Assembly (NCBI GenBank): GCA_030324005.1 | Contig: JARDVH010000124.1 | Location: 47,512,262-47,576,261 of the forward strand | DNA from: Negaprion brevirostris | Lineage: Eukaryota | DNA length: 64,000 bases | Direction: 5' to 3' | Shown: positions 51,065 through 63,325 of the stretch, one piece after another | Layout of the letters: each line of letters starts with the position of its first letter | How positions within the stretch are numbered: the first letter of the stretch is position 1 | Made by a program: the position numbers and the translations under genes | The notes under the pieces: generated by a model | Seen by the model: the letters and a program-made list of their open reading frames with translations, nothing else | Told to the model about the DNA's origin: nothing | Databases searched by the model: none

Positions 51065-51164
51065 GAATCATAGAATTCGTACCCTGCAGGAGAAGCCATT
51101 CGACCCATCGAGTCTGCACCGAATCTCTGACAGAGTATTTTGCCCAGCCCCTTTTTCCCGCCCT
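51065..51164 (-). mobile_element. HE1 SINE 3' end
   Basis: GAATCATAGAAT...GCCATTCGACCCATCGAGTCTGCAC. Confidence 0.8.
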
Positions 51165-51264
51165 NNNNNNNNNNNNNNNNNNNNNNNNNNNNNNNNNNNN
51201 NNNNNNNNNNNNNNNNNNNNNNNNNNNNNNNNNNNNNNNNNNNNNNNNNNNNNNNNNNNNNNNN

Positions 51265-51543
51265 GGACATATTCCCTTCCTCCTTCTTCCATCGGAAAAA
51301 AGATACAAAAGTCTGAGAACATGTAGCAGCTGACTCAAGAACAGCTTCTTCCCTGCTGCCATCAGATTTTTGAATGGGCCTACCTTACATTGATTTTTCT
51401 CTACAGCCTAGCTATGCCTGTAACACTACATTCTGCACTCCCTTGTTTCCCGATATACTTTTTGAACGGCATCTTTTGTCTGTATAGCGTGCAAGAAACA
51501 CTACTCTTCAATGCATACCAATCCATGACAATAATAAATCAAT
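51265..51543 (+). mobile_element. Rex1/Babar 3' end
   Basis: AAGAACAGCTTCTTCCCTGCTGCCATCAGA (NSFFPAAIR); GACAATAATAAATCAA tail. Confidence 0.88.
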
Positions 51544-53724
51544 TGTAGTGGCCAGGACTTGTTAATGACTTACAAATGATGGCATTAACGTTTAAATCAG
51601 CTTTGTGCAGTTTCTGGGTGTGAAGCTAATTTCACCGGCAAAACAGTGCCACTACAAGCCCGGGAGGTGAAATATTGGGCATGAGCTCGACTTTCTGCCT
51701 CCCGTCGATCTTACCACCTTGCCTTCGTCAAAGGTTGGACAAAGTCATAATATCCCAGCTCAAATATGTAAATCTGAATAACATTTACTTTATACCTTAC
51801 ATATATGGAACACATTTGTTGTCCAGTGGCTGAACTGGTCAGTGGACGCTGGAAATAACAAATATCCAGAGGTCAGTTGGTATTTTGGCAGACATGAAAA
51901 CAGGATTCAAAATACAGACAGCCAGATCCACCCTCAAAAAGCATATATAAAAAAACAGACAGGGGAAAAAAATTAGAGAAAAGTCACCTCAGTACACGTT
52001 ATGTTGCAATATGCCTCCTCCGTAGTCCAAATGGGGCTGAATACAGGCTGTGGAGTGGGAACATATTTTGCGTAACCAGCATGGGAGAGGTAATTTGTAT
52101 GGTGCTGTTCCTCCAGTCACATTTCACTCCAAATCTCCCAGCTCTTCCGATCACAGATTCCTGCCTCCAGGAAAGTAGATGGAATTTTCCCAAAAAATGG
52201 CAAGGTGTCAAGTTATGAATGAAAACTGGCATTTTTCTTCCCCAAAACAACCAGGTTTTTACTTGAGGTATTCTGGCACATCATTTTGAAAAAAGCAGGG
52301 GGACATGTTTTGCGCCATCATTCTTGAGGGGAGGGGCCTGAACAAGTCAGCAAGGCGACTCCACAGAAGTCGGGGTCTGATTTCAATGTTAAAAGATAGG
52401 TACCCCTCCACAAATATCAGGACCTCCTACCACACCTCACTGAAGGCATGTTTCCCCCAGCCCCCTTCCCAACATAGATCATCGGCATCAGGACATCAGA
52501 CGCTCGCAATTGATCACCCTTCATTCTCCATTCCCTTCGTGACCCCCTTTATGACCAGCTCTCCGGCCCTACCCCTTCAGACCCCATCTCCTCAGGCCCC
52601 TCCACCTCTTATTTGTGCCTGGTCCTATACAATGGTGAAAGCTCGGCGACAAGACGTCACCCCAGCAGTTAAGACTGAACGATGTCGGAATAATATAACA
52701 TGAGCTGCTGACAGTATGCAGGCATATCGGATACCCAAGTAGGTACCCTTCTCAAAAAGGTAGCCGTGCGGTTGACCCCAGAAGCTCTGGTGTTAGACTC
52801 TGCATCCAGCGAGATGGGAAAACTCACATAGAACTGCCAGTGAAGCTGTGGAGATAAAACCTTGCAACTGAAATGTCAAAAGATGCCTAACTCACATCAG
52901 CATAAAATAATCATTCAGTGTCCATTGGCAAGAGGAGACATTTGGAACAGTTTATTTGTGATGCTGGTACTTCAGCTACAGTCTCAACCCACCAAGGTAC
53001 TTACAATTTCTTTAACACAGGTATTCGATAATGTCCCTGAGAAAGCATTCATTGTGGAGAAAACATTTAGCAAATAAAACGATCTGACAATTCAATAATA
53101 GTTCAATAAAATTTCTTCTCGTACTTTAGATCAGAGTTCTCCTTGGAATAACCTCAGAATTTGTTTTGAATGATTTCATTTTTATTGGATACTGACATGC
53201 AAATAAATTATAAAGTGAAATGGAATGAGTTCCACACTTCCCACGAATATCGGGTTGCAGATAATTCACAACCCACAGTTTATTGGATTAACTAATCATA
53301 TGCTATCCCACTCATTGTCAAACTCAATCATTGCATAAAACAGAACAGGCACGTAAAAAAGGCCAGGTCCTTTTAATATTTTTTAAGCACTATTTCCCCC
53401 TCTGATAGCCAGCCAAATTGGCAACTTGACCAGTGGGCAGGAGTAAACACCACTGGCAGGAAGCGGGCATGCTTTGGGATAGCCCCCCCAAAAGCAAGGG
53501 TGTGGGGAAGAATGTGATCAGGAGCTGTGGGGGCGGTTGGGGNNNNNNNNNNNNNNNNNNNNNNNNNNGCAGTTCGGGGCAAACAGTCAAAACTTAGGGG
53601 GAGAAAAGCCCATATTAGAAGTGGGGTGTAGAGGCACATGATGGGGTCAGGGGCCAGAGGAGGCCTGCCATCAGGACTGGGGTCAGGCCTGTGATTAGGG
53701 AATGGCAGTAATAGGCCAGAAATG

Positions 53725-54142
53725 GGCTCTGACTAAGATCGCAAGAAACTACAAAGGGTTGTGAATGTAACCCAGTCCATCACACCAACCAGTCTCCCAT
53801 CCATTGACCCCATCTACACTTCCCGCTGCCTCAGAAAAGTAGCCAGCATATTCAGGGACCCCATGCACCCTGGACGTACTCTCTTCCACGTTCTTCCATT
53901 GGGAAAAGGATACAAAATTCTGCAGACACATAACCAACTGACTCAAGAACAGCTTCTTCCCTGCCGTCATCAGACTTTTGAATGGATCTACCTTCTACTA
54001 AGCTGATCTTTCTCTACACCCAGCAATGACTGTGACACTATATTCGGCACTCTCTCCTTTTCTCCTCTCCTATGTATTTTATGAATGGTATGCTTTGCCT
54101 TTATAGCATATAAGAAACAATACTTTTCACTGTATCCCAATG
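53725..54142 (+). mobile_element. Rex1/Babar 3' portion
   Basis: LQRVVNVTQSIT.TSLPSID.IYTSRCLRK; NSFFPAVIRLLN. Confidence 0.9.
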
Positions 54143-55359
54143 NNNNNNNNNNNNNNNNNNNNNNNNNNNNNNNNNNNNNNNNNNNNNNNNNNNNNNNNNN
54201 NNNNNNNNNNNNNNNNNNNNNNNNNNNNNNNNNNNNNNNNNNNNNNNNNNNNNNNNNNNNNNNNNNNNNNNNNNNNNNNNNNNNNNNNNNNNNNNNNNNN
54301 NNNNNNNNNNNNNNNNNNNNNNNNNNNNNNNNNNNNNNNNNNNNNNNNNNNNNNNNNNNNNNNNNNNNNNNNNNNNNNNNNNNNNNNNNNNNNNNNNNNN
54401 NNNNNNNNNNNNNNNNNNNNNNNNNNNNNNNNNNNNNNNNNNNNNNNNNNNNNNNNNNNNNNNNNNNNNNNNNNNNNNNNNNNNNNNNNNNNNNNNNNNA
54501 TCAGGGCTTAAACGTGGCGGGAAGCGGGGAGGGGAATAAATTTGGAGGAAGCATTTCCTTTCTTCCTGGCCCATAAAGCGTGCAGGAAAAGACAATTACT
54601 TTGTGGATCTGGCAGCTCCCAACTCCCGTTTTTCTGATGGGTTTCCTGACTCTTCAGAAAGCAGTAGATGATGAATGATTTTTAAATGGGTTTCAAGTTG
54701 CACTCTGGGTCGCTGAATGATATATGTTAGTTAAGTGTTCCAGTTCTCCACATGGGGCATACAGACATTATGATATCACAGACATAAGTATGTCTATGGA
54801 TAAGCACATGGTCTCTTAGGCACGTTATCTGCATTTAACTAAGCTCCTGCCTGGTCTTCCCCTGTCCATCATGATAGGTTAAGATCTAGGTAATTAATTT
54901 GGTTATTTATTTCATACAAAAATGCAAGTATAAAATATAATGGGGATGATTTATGAGATTTTGGAAATGTATTGGTTTCCAGTGAGAAAAATGGAGTGAA
55001 TCCCATTGACAGCTTTGGTGTAATTCCTAACTGAACTTTGAACATGATTAAACAAAGTTTTTATGGCCCCGAGAATCCTCACGCGGCCTCCCTCTNNNNN
55101 NNNNNNNNNNNNNNNNNNNNNNNNNNNNNNNNNNNNNNNNNNNNNNNNNNNNNNNNNNNNNNNNNNNNNNNNNNNNNNNNNNNNNNNNNNNNNNNNNNNN
55201 NNNNNNNNNNNNNNNNNNNNNNNNNNNNNNNNNNNNNNNNNNNNNNNNNNNNNNNNNNNNNNNNNNNNNNNNNNNNNNNNNNNNNNNNNNNNNNNNNNNN
55301 NNNNNNNNNNNNNNNNNNNNNNNNNNNNNNNNNNNNNNNNNNNNNNNNNNNNNNNNNNC

Positions 55360-55603
55360 CTAGGGTCCATTCCCGTAACCCCACATATTTACCCTGCTAA
55401 TCCTCCTGACACCCAGGGCAATTTAGCATGGTCAATCAACCTAACCACATCTTTGTACAATGAAAGGAAACCAGACCACTTGGAGGAAACTCACACAGAT
55501 ATGGGAAGAACGTGCAAACTCAACACAGACAGCGACCCGAGGCCAGGATTGAACCCAGGTCCCTGGTGCTGTGAGGCAGCAGTGCTAACCACTGTGCCAC
55601 CAT
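55360..55603 (-). mobile_element. HE1-type V-SINE
   Basis: Reverse-complement head and body. Confidence 0.9.
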
Positions 55604-55619
55604 CACCAACCCCATCTCA

Positions 55620-57040
55620 GATGCAGTGACAGCCCTGGTGAGTGCAAAGTCACTACAAGAGAGCACGGGGCAGCAGTGCTGCAAAACATTGAATGATCTT
55701 CTGCACTCAGCCAGAACAAGTGAGCCTCATGCAGCCTTTTTCTGGACTCCTTTGCACACTACTCCCGCCTCTACCTTCATCTCTCACCCAACCACTTCAG
55801 CCTTTGCCAACACTTGTTAAGAGGCCCTCCTCCCCACTCCCCCATTACCATGTTCCTCCCTACTTGATGCTATGCTCCTCACACTCCAATCCCTCTTCAA
55901 GTCCTACACCTGGCGACACCTTTTCTTGAATGGCAAGACTCCTGCTTATACTATCCCTGTTTATGCCATTCCAAGACAAACTCAACCACAACAAGTGTGA
56001 ATAGGTGCAACCAGCTAGAATGATGCCAGAGTGCAGATTCCTCATGATCTTCGAGGAGAGGGCACTCGTTCTGACCGGGGAGGAGGATGACCATGCCTAT
56101 GCTGATGGTGAGGTGGGGGCAGCAAAGAAACGTGAGAATCCTCAAGACATGTTTTCATTCCCTTAGTCTTAGATCAGTAATCAATGTTCCCTCTGTATCC
56201 CCTGTTATGCAGTAATACCAACTCTCTTCTCTTGTAGGCTGAGCAGCTCAGACCATTCTCGTGGCGTCTGGACTCACCGGACTCCAGCAGCTCCAAGGGC
56301 GACCTCACAGACTCAGGATGAATGACGCATCACAGCTGTCACCCGCATCTAGCACCAGCACAGGTACTCACACCTCAGTGGGCTCACTAAGTAGGCAGGC
56401 CTCTGGGTCACTCACTGGTGAATACCTCACAGCTGAAGGTTCACAGCGGATGAAGGCAGGAATGTCCCAGAGTTTGGCACTTGGCAGAATGCTGGAGGCC
56501 AGGACTCTGCGGAGCCCCTGGCCGATGACGTCCCCATGGATCCGGTCGTTCCATAGCTGGTGAATCTGCANNNNNNNNNNNNNNNNNNNNNNNNNNNNNN
56601 NNNNNNNNNNNNNNNNNNNNNNNNNNNNNNNNNNNNNNNNNNNNNNNNNNNNNNNNNNNNNNNNNNNNNNTCGTTCCATAGCTGGTGAATCTGCAAAGGC
56701 AGAATCGCAAGCATCAGGGGGAGATGACAGAATCCCTCCTTGGACTGCAAGGCTTACTGGAGGAGTATACCTTTTATACCAGGAAATGGTGCAGTCACAC
56801 AGTGCAATGAGACCAACACTGCAAGGGTGGCATCCACAGTGGAGAGATTGACACAGGACGTGTACTCTGTGGTAAGGGATGTCTGCTGCATGGTTCAGCT
56901 CATGACTTCTATGTCTGAGGGCATGACCTGTATGGTACAGGGCTTCAAGCGCATGGTGCAGGTACTGATGGGAATTTGTGAGTGTCAGCACCAGAGGATG
57001 ACAGGGCTTCTTCACATCACTCCAGCTCCTCTTCCTTGGT
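55620..57040 (+). mobile_element. Harbinger accessory Myb/SANT-type gene fossil with intron-like gaps
   Basis: QQCCKTLNDLLHSAR resembles the Myb/SANT ending QCRK..NDL..xAR, followed by GTGAG; acceptor TCTCTTGTAG at ~56238; coiled-coil-like ORF 56740-57042. Confidence 0.65.
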
Positions 57041-57044
57041 AATG

Positions 57045-57240
57045 TCAGGCCTCCTCAACATCATCCTCCTTATCTGAGTAGATCTGGTGCTTGCCCGTTG
57101 CTTCCAGGTCTAGGTTGTCTCCTCTCTGCAGTGCTAAGTTGTATAGAGCGCAGCAGACCACAGTAATGCAAGAATCCTTCTGGGGCTCATCTTATACAAC
57201 ACCTCCTAACCATTCCAGGCACCAGAACAGTGCGAGCTGA
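57045..57240 (-). mobile_element. Harbinger transposase C-terminus
   Basis: FWCLEWLGGVV*DEPQKDSCITVVCCALYNLALQRG matches the HARBI1-type RFRCLD.SGG.LQY.P....IVVCC.LHN motif. Confidence 0.82.
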
Positions 57241-57684
57241 AGCTTGATTTGAAATAGGCTTCTACATTCTTAGGGTTTGTATTCCAAAGGATTAACATTT
57301 ATGTTGACACTGTGCAATCAGGTCTAGCTCTGGATATTAAAATGGTATACGGGCCTCCTCACTCTTAGACTGTAACAAGTGACAACTGTATGTTGGACGT
57401 AATGTGACCAATGGTAACAAGCTTTGAGGGTCAGCTGACCCAGTAAACCATGGAACCAATTGCAGAATGATGTGCTGGTCAGCTGACTCACTGGATTGGC
57501 CCAGGGTGAGGCCCCAAGTTTGGAGTTATTAAGTTTCTTTATGAAATGCTTTCTTTGATTTATAAGTTGGAGCAAGTTTTGTTATATGCTTGTTGGCTGC
57601 AATTTGAAGAATTCCTTCTGAAGAAACACTCAAGGAATGCTCAATTAGAAGAATCATGAAGGAATCATAGAATCCCTTCAGTAT

Positions 57685-57920
57685 CGAGGGTGGTGAATGT
57701 CTGGAACATGCTGCCAGAGGGGGTGGTGGAAGCAGACTCTACAACAACATTTGAGAGGCATCTGGAGAGATACATGAATAGGCAGTTCATGTGGATAGGC
57801 AGTGAATTGAGGGATCTGGACCATATAGAGGCAATAAAATATTAAATTAGAGAGACATCTCTATTGGCACAGACTTGGTGGGCTGAAAGGCTTGTTCCTG
57901 TGCTGTATTGTTGTTTGTTC
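57685..57920 (+). mobile_element. CR1 3' end inserted into the tail of an HE1 SINE
   Basis: RVVNVWNMLPEGVVEA..TTFERHL; HE1 tail GAATCATAGAATCCCTTCAGT at ~57662-57682 lies on the other side. Confidence 0.85.
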
Positions 57921-57921
57921 C

Positions 57922-58218
57922 TAAAAGTAGGCCATTTGGCCCATTGAGCCTGCACCAACAACAATCCCGCCCAGGCCCCATCCCTGTAACCCCATGTATT
58001 TACCCTGCTAATTCCCCCTGACACAAAGGGGCAATTTAGCAGAGCCAATCAACCTAACCCCCACATCTTTGGACTGTTGGAGGAAACCGGAGCACCCAGA
58101 GGAAACCCATGCAGACACAGGGAGAACGTGCAAACTCTACACAGACTGTCACCTGAGGCTGGAATTGAACCTGAGACCCTGGCACAGTGAGGCAGCAGTG
58201 CTAACCATTGTGCTGCCT
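57922..58218 (-). mobile_element. HE1-type V-SINE
   Basis: Reverse-complement match. Confidence 0.92.
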
Positions 58219-59029
58219 GGCAAAAACAATCATCTTGGTGAGACACAGCTGAAAGGCATACAATAAGCTTTTCAGCAACTTCCTGGCAAGCAGCCCCATT
58301 AATCCAGGTCTTTAATGCTGTTGAGTTTGCATTGTTGTACTGTTGAGTCAGCCTTGCATAAGAACAATTTATGCCCATTTACTGCTCTACCTGACAGTCA
58401 AAATTCACAGCAAAGTTAATTTAAACTTCCTTTCCAATAATTTCCTCCGGTCTTGCACCATTGACAGAGTGAGGGTTTTACGTTTCACTGCATTTACTGT
58501 CCCCCAAGTGAAAGGGTCTTTATGCCTCTTGAGGCAGGATGGCTCCCTAACACCGATAACCGCACACTGCCTTTGCAGCCTGGCCTCTCACAAAGTAGGA
58601 CCTCATTGTCGCCCACATTACTTGCCCCTCTGTTGTGGCCTCCTCCCACCCAGTTTGCAGCTCCCAGCAAGGAAGGGAACCCACTCAGCCGCTGTTCGAA
58701 CACTAACCCAGTACGGAGGAGTCAGGAAGTGATGACTGCTTGGCAGCCAGCATATCTGCTTGGAGCAAGGGGTGAACCGATATGAAGGGAAGGTAAGGCC
58801 ATTGAGGGACCCAACCTCACCGGTGAGGTTGGTCCAAGTCAGGAAATGCAATCTCACTGGCGACTTTCACGTTTTTTTCAAACTCTCTGCATTTTGAACC
58901 CATGCCTCCATTCCTACGCATGGAAAGAGTGGGCTCAAGATTCTATCCAATGTTTTATTTAGTGATGTGTTTATCAGACCATAGTGTGTGATGTTATTAA
59001 TTCTCCCTACAACCACTTTTTCTTTATCT

Positions 59030-59265
59030 GCCTACTCAATCTAAGCGTGAAAGCCCGCATTGCTTCTGCTTAACTGCTAACCTGAGAAATGAATTCCAAA
59101 GCCTCACAACAACCTACGTAAAGATGTTTCCTCTGCCCTCCGTTCTGAATATCTCACACGTTATCTTGTATCTGTGGCTCTTCGTTCTCGACCCCTCAAC
59201 TACTGGAAACAGTTTACATCTATCTACCCTCTGCAATCTTTTCATTGTTTTAAACACTGCTACCC
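59030..59265 (-). mobile_element. CR1 3' fragment
   Basis: GAATTCCAAAGCCTCACAAC..CTACGTAAAGATGTTTC..TGGCTCTTCGTTCTCGAC. Confidence 0.7.
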
Positions 59266-59606
59266 AATTGTTTGAAAAAGCTTTTATCTCAACATGTGTT
59301 TACATTGCATTCTGGAAACTGTGGTTTTACCTTTGCTAACTCAGGCTCAATATTATGGTGGCAAGTGTAAAAGCAGAAATGCTAGTTGAGGCGGAGGCTT
59401 GTTTTGAGTTTTGGAAGGGTTTCCCAAGAACTTCCTACTATTGTTAACTATGGGGATTATTTGGATTATTTCCTCTGAATTCAAAAACCGCTGCAGTAGA
59501 ATGGATTGTAGCAGTTAAAAAAGGTAGCTGAGCATCGCCATTTTAAAGGTAATTAGAGATGGGCAACAAATGCTGGCCTTGCTAACGACACCTGCTTCTC
59601 ATGGAG

Positions 59607-59945
59607 GGAGGCAGTCGATGGCCTCGTGGTATTGTCGCTAGACTATTGATCCAGCNNNNNNNNNNAAATCTTGCCATAGCAAATGATGGAATTTGAATTC
59701 AATTTTTAAAAATCTGGAATTAAGAATCTACTGATGACCATGAAACCATTATCGATTGTGGGAAAAACCCATCTGGTTCACTAATGTTCTTTAGGGAAGG
59801 AAATCTGCCGTCCTGACCTGGATTGGGCTACATGTGACTGCGGAGCCACAGCAATGGGGTTGGCTCTCAACTGCCCTCCAAGGCCAACGAGGAATGGGCA
59901 ATAACTGCTGGCCAGCCAGGGGCACCCATTCCCACAAAAAGAAGA
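59607..59945 (+). mobile_element. tRNA-derived SINE sharing its tail with the 48360-type LINE
   Basis: TGGCCTCGTGG A box; AAAACCCATCTGGTTCACTAATG..AGGGAAGGAAATCTGCC body; GAATGGGCAATAACTGCTGGCC..CCCATTCCCA tail; partial copy at 26985-27130. Confidence 0.8.
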
Positions 59946-60910
59946 AAGCAAAATAAACGTAACAAGTGCCTCCTGTAAGCAAATTGATTGCCGTATCCCA
60001 CCTTCATTAAAACCAGAACAGGCTGTCTGAGGCAGGTTGGCTTCCCATCTCAGATATTCTGAATTTTAACCTCATGACTCTAATCAGACCCAATTTCTGG
60101 GAAGTAAAATATTAGCCTGTAGGCCCTTAATATTAACCCCAAGGCAAGAAGCAAGCAGAGTGGTTAGGAAATGGCCAACAACCAGCCAGCCTGCCAGGAA
60201 AGCAGCCAAGGAGCGCTTGGGGACTTGGTTGGTTGGATTGGAGTGGTGGGCTTGGATGCTGTCAAGGAGAAATTGGGAATAGAGTTGAGGTGGGTTCTGA
60301 CCACAAGTGAACAGGCTTGCATGAATGCCGCTCCTCCTGGCCCACAAGCATTGCTGTAAAGACCATTTCCTGACGGGTCCAGTTCTTGTCATTTACTTTC
60401 ACCCACCTAGTTTTCTGAACCCAAAAGCCTCTTGACTATGCTGCTTTTAAAACCAGAAGTNNNNNNNNNNNNNNNNNNNNNNNNNNNNNNNNNNNNNNNN
60501 NNNNNNNNNNNNNNNNNNNNNNNNNNNNNNNNNNNNNNNNNNNNNNNNNNNNNNNNNNNNNNNNNNNNNNNNNNNNNNNNNNNNNNNNNNNNNNNNNNNN
60601 NNNNNNNNNNNNNNNNNNNNNNNNNNNNNNNNNNNNNNNNNNNNNNNNNNNNNNNNNNNNNNNNNNNNNNNNNNNNNNNNNNNNNNNNNNNNNNNNNNNN
60701 NNNNNNNNNNNNNNNNNNNNNNNNNNNNNNNNNNNNNNNNNNNNNNNNNNNNNNNNNNNNNNNNNNNNNNNNNNNNNNNNNNNNNNNNNNNNNNNNNNNN
60801 NNNNNNNNNNNNNNNNNNNNNNNNNNNNNNNNNNNNNNNNNNNNNNNNNNNNNNNNNNNNNNNNNNNNNNNNNNNNNNNNNNATGAAGTTTAGTTTCTGA
60901 ATACCAAGTA

Positions 60911-61222
60911 AGCACAGTGGCACAATGGTTAGCACTGCTGCTACACAGCGCCAGGGACTTGAGTTCGATTCCCGGCTTGGGTCATTGTCTGTGTGGAGTC
61001 TGCACGCTCACCCCATGTCGGTGTGGGTTTCCTTTGGATGCTTCAGTTTCTTCCCATGGTCCAAAAGATGTCCCGGTTAGGTGCATTGACCATGCTAAAT
61101 TCTCCCTCAGCGTACCCGAACAGGGGCCAGAGTGTGGCGGCTCGGGGATTTTCACAGTAACTTCATTGCACTGTTAATGTAAGCCTACTTGTGACACTAA
61201 TAAATAAACTTTAAACTTAAAC
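60911..61222 (+). mobile_element. V-SINE with alternative tail (best-preserved copy)
   Basis: Head, GAGTTCGATTCC B box, body, tail ...GCCTACTTGTGACACTAATAAATAAACTTTAAACTTAAAC. Confidence 0.92.
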
Positions 61223-62249
61223 ATTGACTTCCCAAGTCCAAGGCTTAGAGACACCCAAAGAGTTGGAGTTCAATGAGCTAAAATCATGCTGTGTGCCAGT
61301 GAAGGAAATTGTGCCATATTCAGTGCAAGTGGGCTTAAAACTTTCCAGAAGTGGTACCTGCTTGCAAGGTTCCTGGCAATGGGAATATTCCCCTATCTCA
61401 GGATGTCTAGGATACTTGTCTCTACCTTACTTACTCAGGAAGTTCCATTAATCTTTGGTGCTGTTTATTTGGCAACATTTTTGGGCCTTCAATGCTAATT
61501 ACAAATGATTTATATTATCACATTGCCTTGAAAAAGCCGGCTCCTCGTTCCTTCCCTTCAGCTGGCTCTGCTTTACCCACTATCTGTCATTGCTGTCAGC
61601 CAAACAAAATAAATATGTGGGTGATCATTTAATTGAATCCTGCATGTCATTAGGATCCAGTTCAAGATGCAAATTGTAGAAGTTGATTCTGGGAGCTAGA
61701 GCTTCACAAGCGCAATTGTGAAATTTCCTTTTAAAATATAAATAGTTTAAGAATGTGAATGCATTGCCATTGTATCACTTTTAGAAATATGTTTTACAAT
61801 ACCGCTTTCATATTTATAAAACCTTGGTGGGAATTGAACTCTCTATTCTCTTCTGCCAGCTCACAATATAGCATCCAAGATCTGATATGGTTTAACATTC
61901 GTGGGGTGCAAACAGAAACAAGGCTACACTGGATAGAACGCGCAACTTCTGAACTAACCTATCAGCAGCACGGCTCAAAAATTAGGAACTTAATGACCAA
62001 ATTCCGGCACATCCAACATGATGGGTGTTGAAATTGATAACTCTGGGTGCAGTTTCACTGACACTCTGCATAAGGTAATTCATTATATCCTCTGCAAAGT
62101 TAATCACCGAGGGTTTGTGATCAGTGCTAAGTGAACCATACTTGTGATTCATTACACTTCTACTTGCCCTCAGCCTTTCTGAGACGTATGACACCTTCAC
62201 TTGCAGTGATTAGAAATCTGTTTCAACACAGAGTCCCTTGTAGGGTATT

Positions 62250-62615
62250 GGAATGGAGAAGAATGAGTAGGCCATTCAGCCCATCAAGCCTGCTCTACCA
62301 CTGAAACAGATCATGGATAATCATCTACCTCTATGCTATTTTCCCCCACTAGCCCCATATACCTTGACGTCATTGGTATCCAGAAATCTATCAATTTCCA
62401 CCTTGAATATGCTCAATGATTGAGCTCCCACAATCCTCTGGGTTAGAGAATTTCCATGATTCACCAGCCTGCCTTATATTTTGAGAATGTGTCCCCTGGT
62501 TCTCGACTCACCTTTCTATCCATATCTGCCCTGTAAGGATTTTGTAAGTTTCAACAAGATCACCTTTAATTCTTCAAAACTTTAGAGAGTACAAGTCCAG
62601 TTTCCTCAATCTCTA
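62250..62615 (-). mobile_element. CR1 3' fragment
   Basis: GAGTAGGCCATTCAGCCCATCAAGCCTGCTC...CCCCTGGTTCTCGACTC. Confidence 0.8.
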
Positions 62616-62837
62616 AAATCTGGGACTTGGATAATGAACATTACATCTCATCCCCTCAACCAATCAGAATGAAGAATTTTTTTCTGAATATCTAATGTGA
62701 ATGTAAATTAGAGTATTAATCAAAATCATATCCAGGAAGAAAAATAGAGGGAAAAAGGATGGGATTTCTAGAGAGGCATCAAGAGACAGAACAAGTCAGT
62801 AAAAATATTTAAATGCTGACATTTTTAAAAATTTCCA

Positions 62838-63025
62838 GTAGAATCATAGAAACCCTTCAGTGCAGAAGAAGGCCATTCAGTCCATTGGGTCTGCACTGAA
62901 GGCCCTATCCCCATACCCCTATCCTGTAACCACACATATTTCACCCTGCTAACCTAAATGTATCTTGGAACACAAAGAAGCAATTTAGCACGGCCAATCC
63001 ATCTAATCTGCACATCTTTGGACTA
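62838..63025 (-). mobile_element. HE1 SINE 3' half
   Basis: GAATCATAGAAACCCTTCAGTGCAGAAG...GCAATTTAGCACGGCCAATCCA..CATCTTTGGAC. Confidence 0.88.
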
Positions 63026-63149
63026 AATGCTTACTAAAATTTGAAGGAATAAGACTCCACATTATTAGAAGTTAATTTCAGTGGTAAAATGTTTAAGATT
63101 TATGCTTACACTGTATTGGAACTTAATTTTATTCTGGAGTAGCTAATAC

Positions 63150-63325
63150 AAATTAGGAGCCGGAGTAGGCCAGTCAGCCCCTTGAGCCTGGTCCTCCGTT
63201 CAATAATATCATAGCCAAACTTATCGTAACTTCAGCCCCACCTTCCTGCCAACCCTTCAAACCTCTTGTGAATCAAGAATTTATCTAGCTCTGCCTTAAA
63301 ACTATTTAAATGCTCTGCTTCCACT
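63150..63325 (-). mobile_element. CR1 3' end
   Basis: AATTAGGAGCCGGAGTAGGCC; homologous to 41115-41370. Confidence 0.8.
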
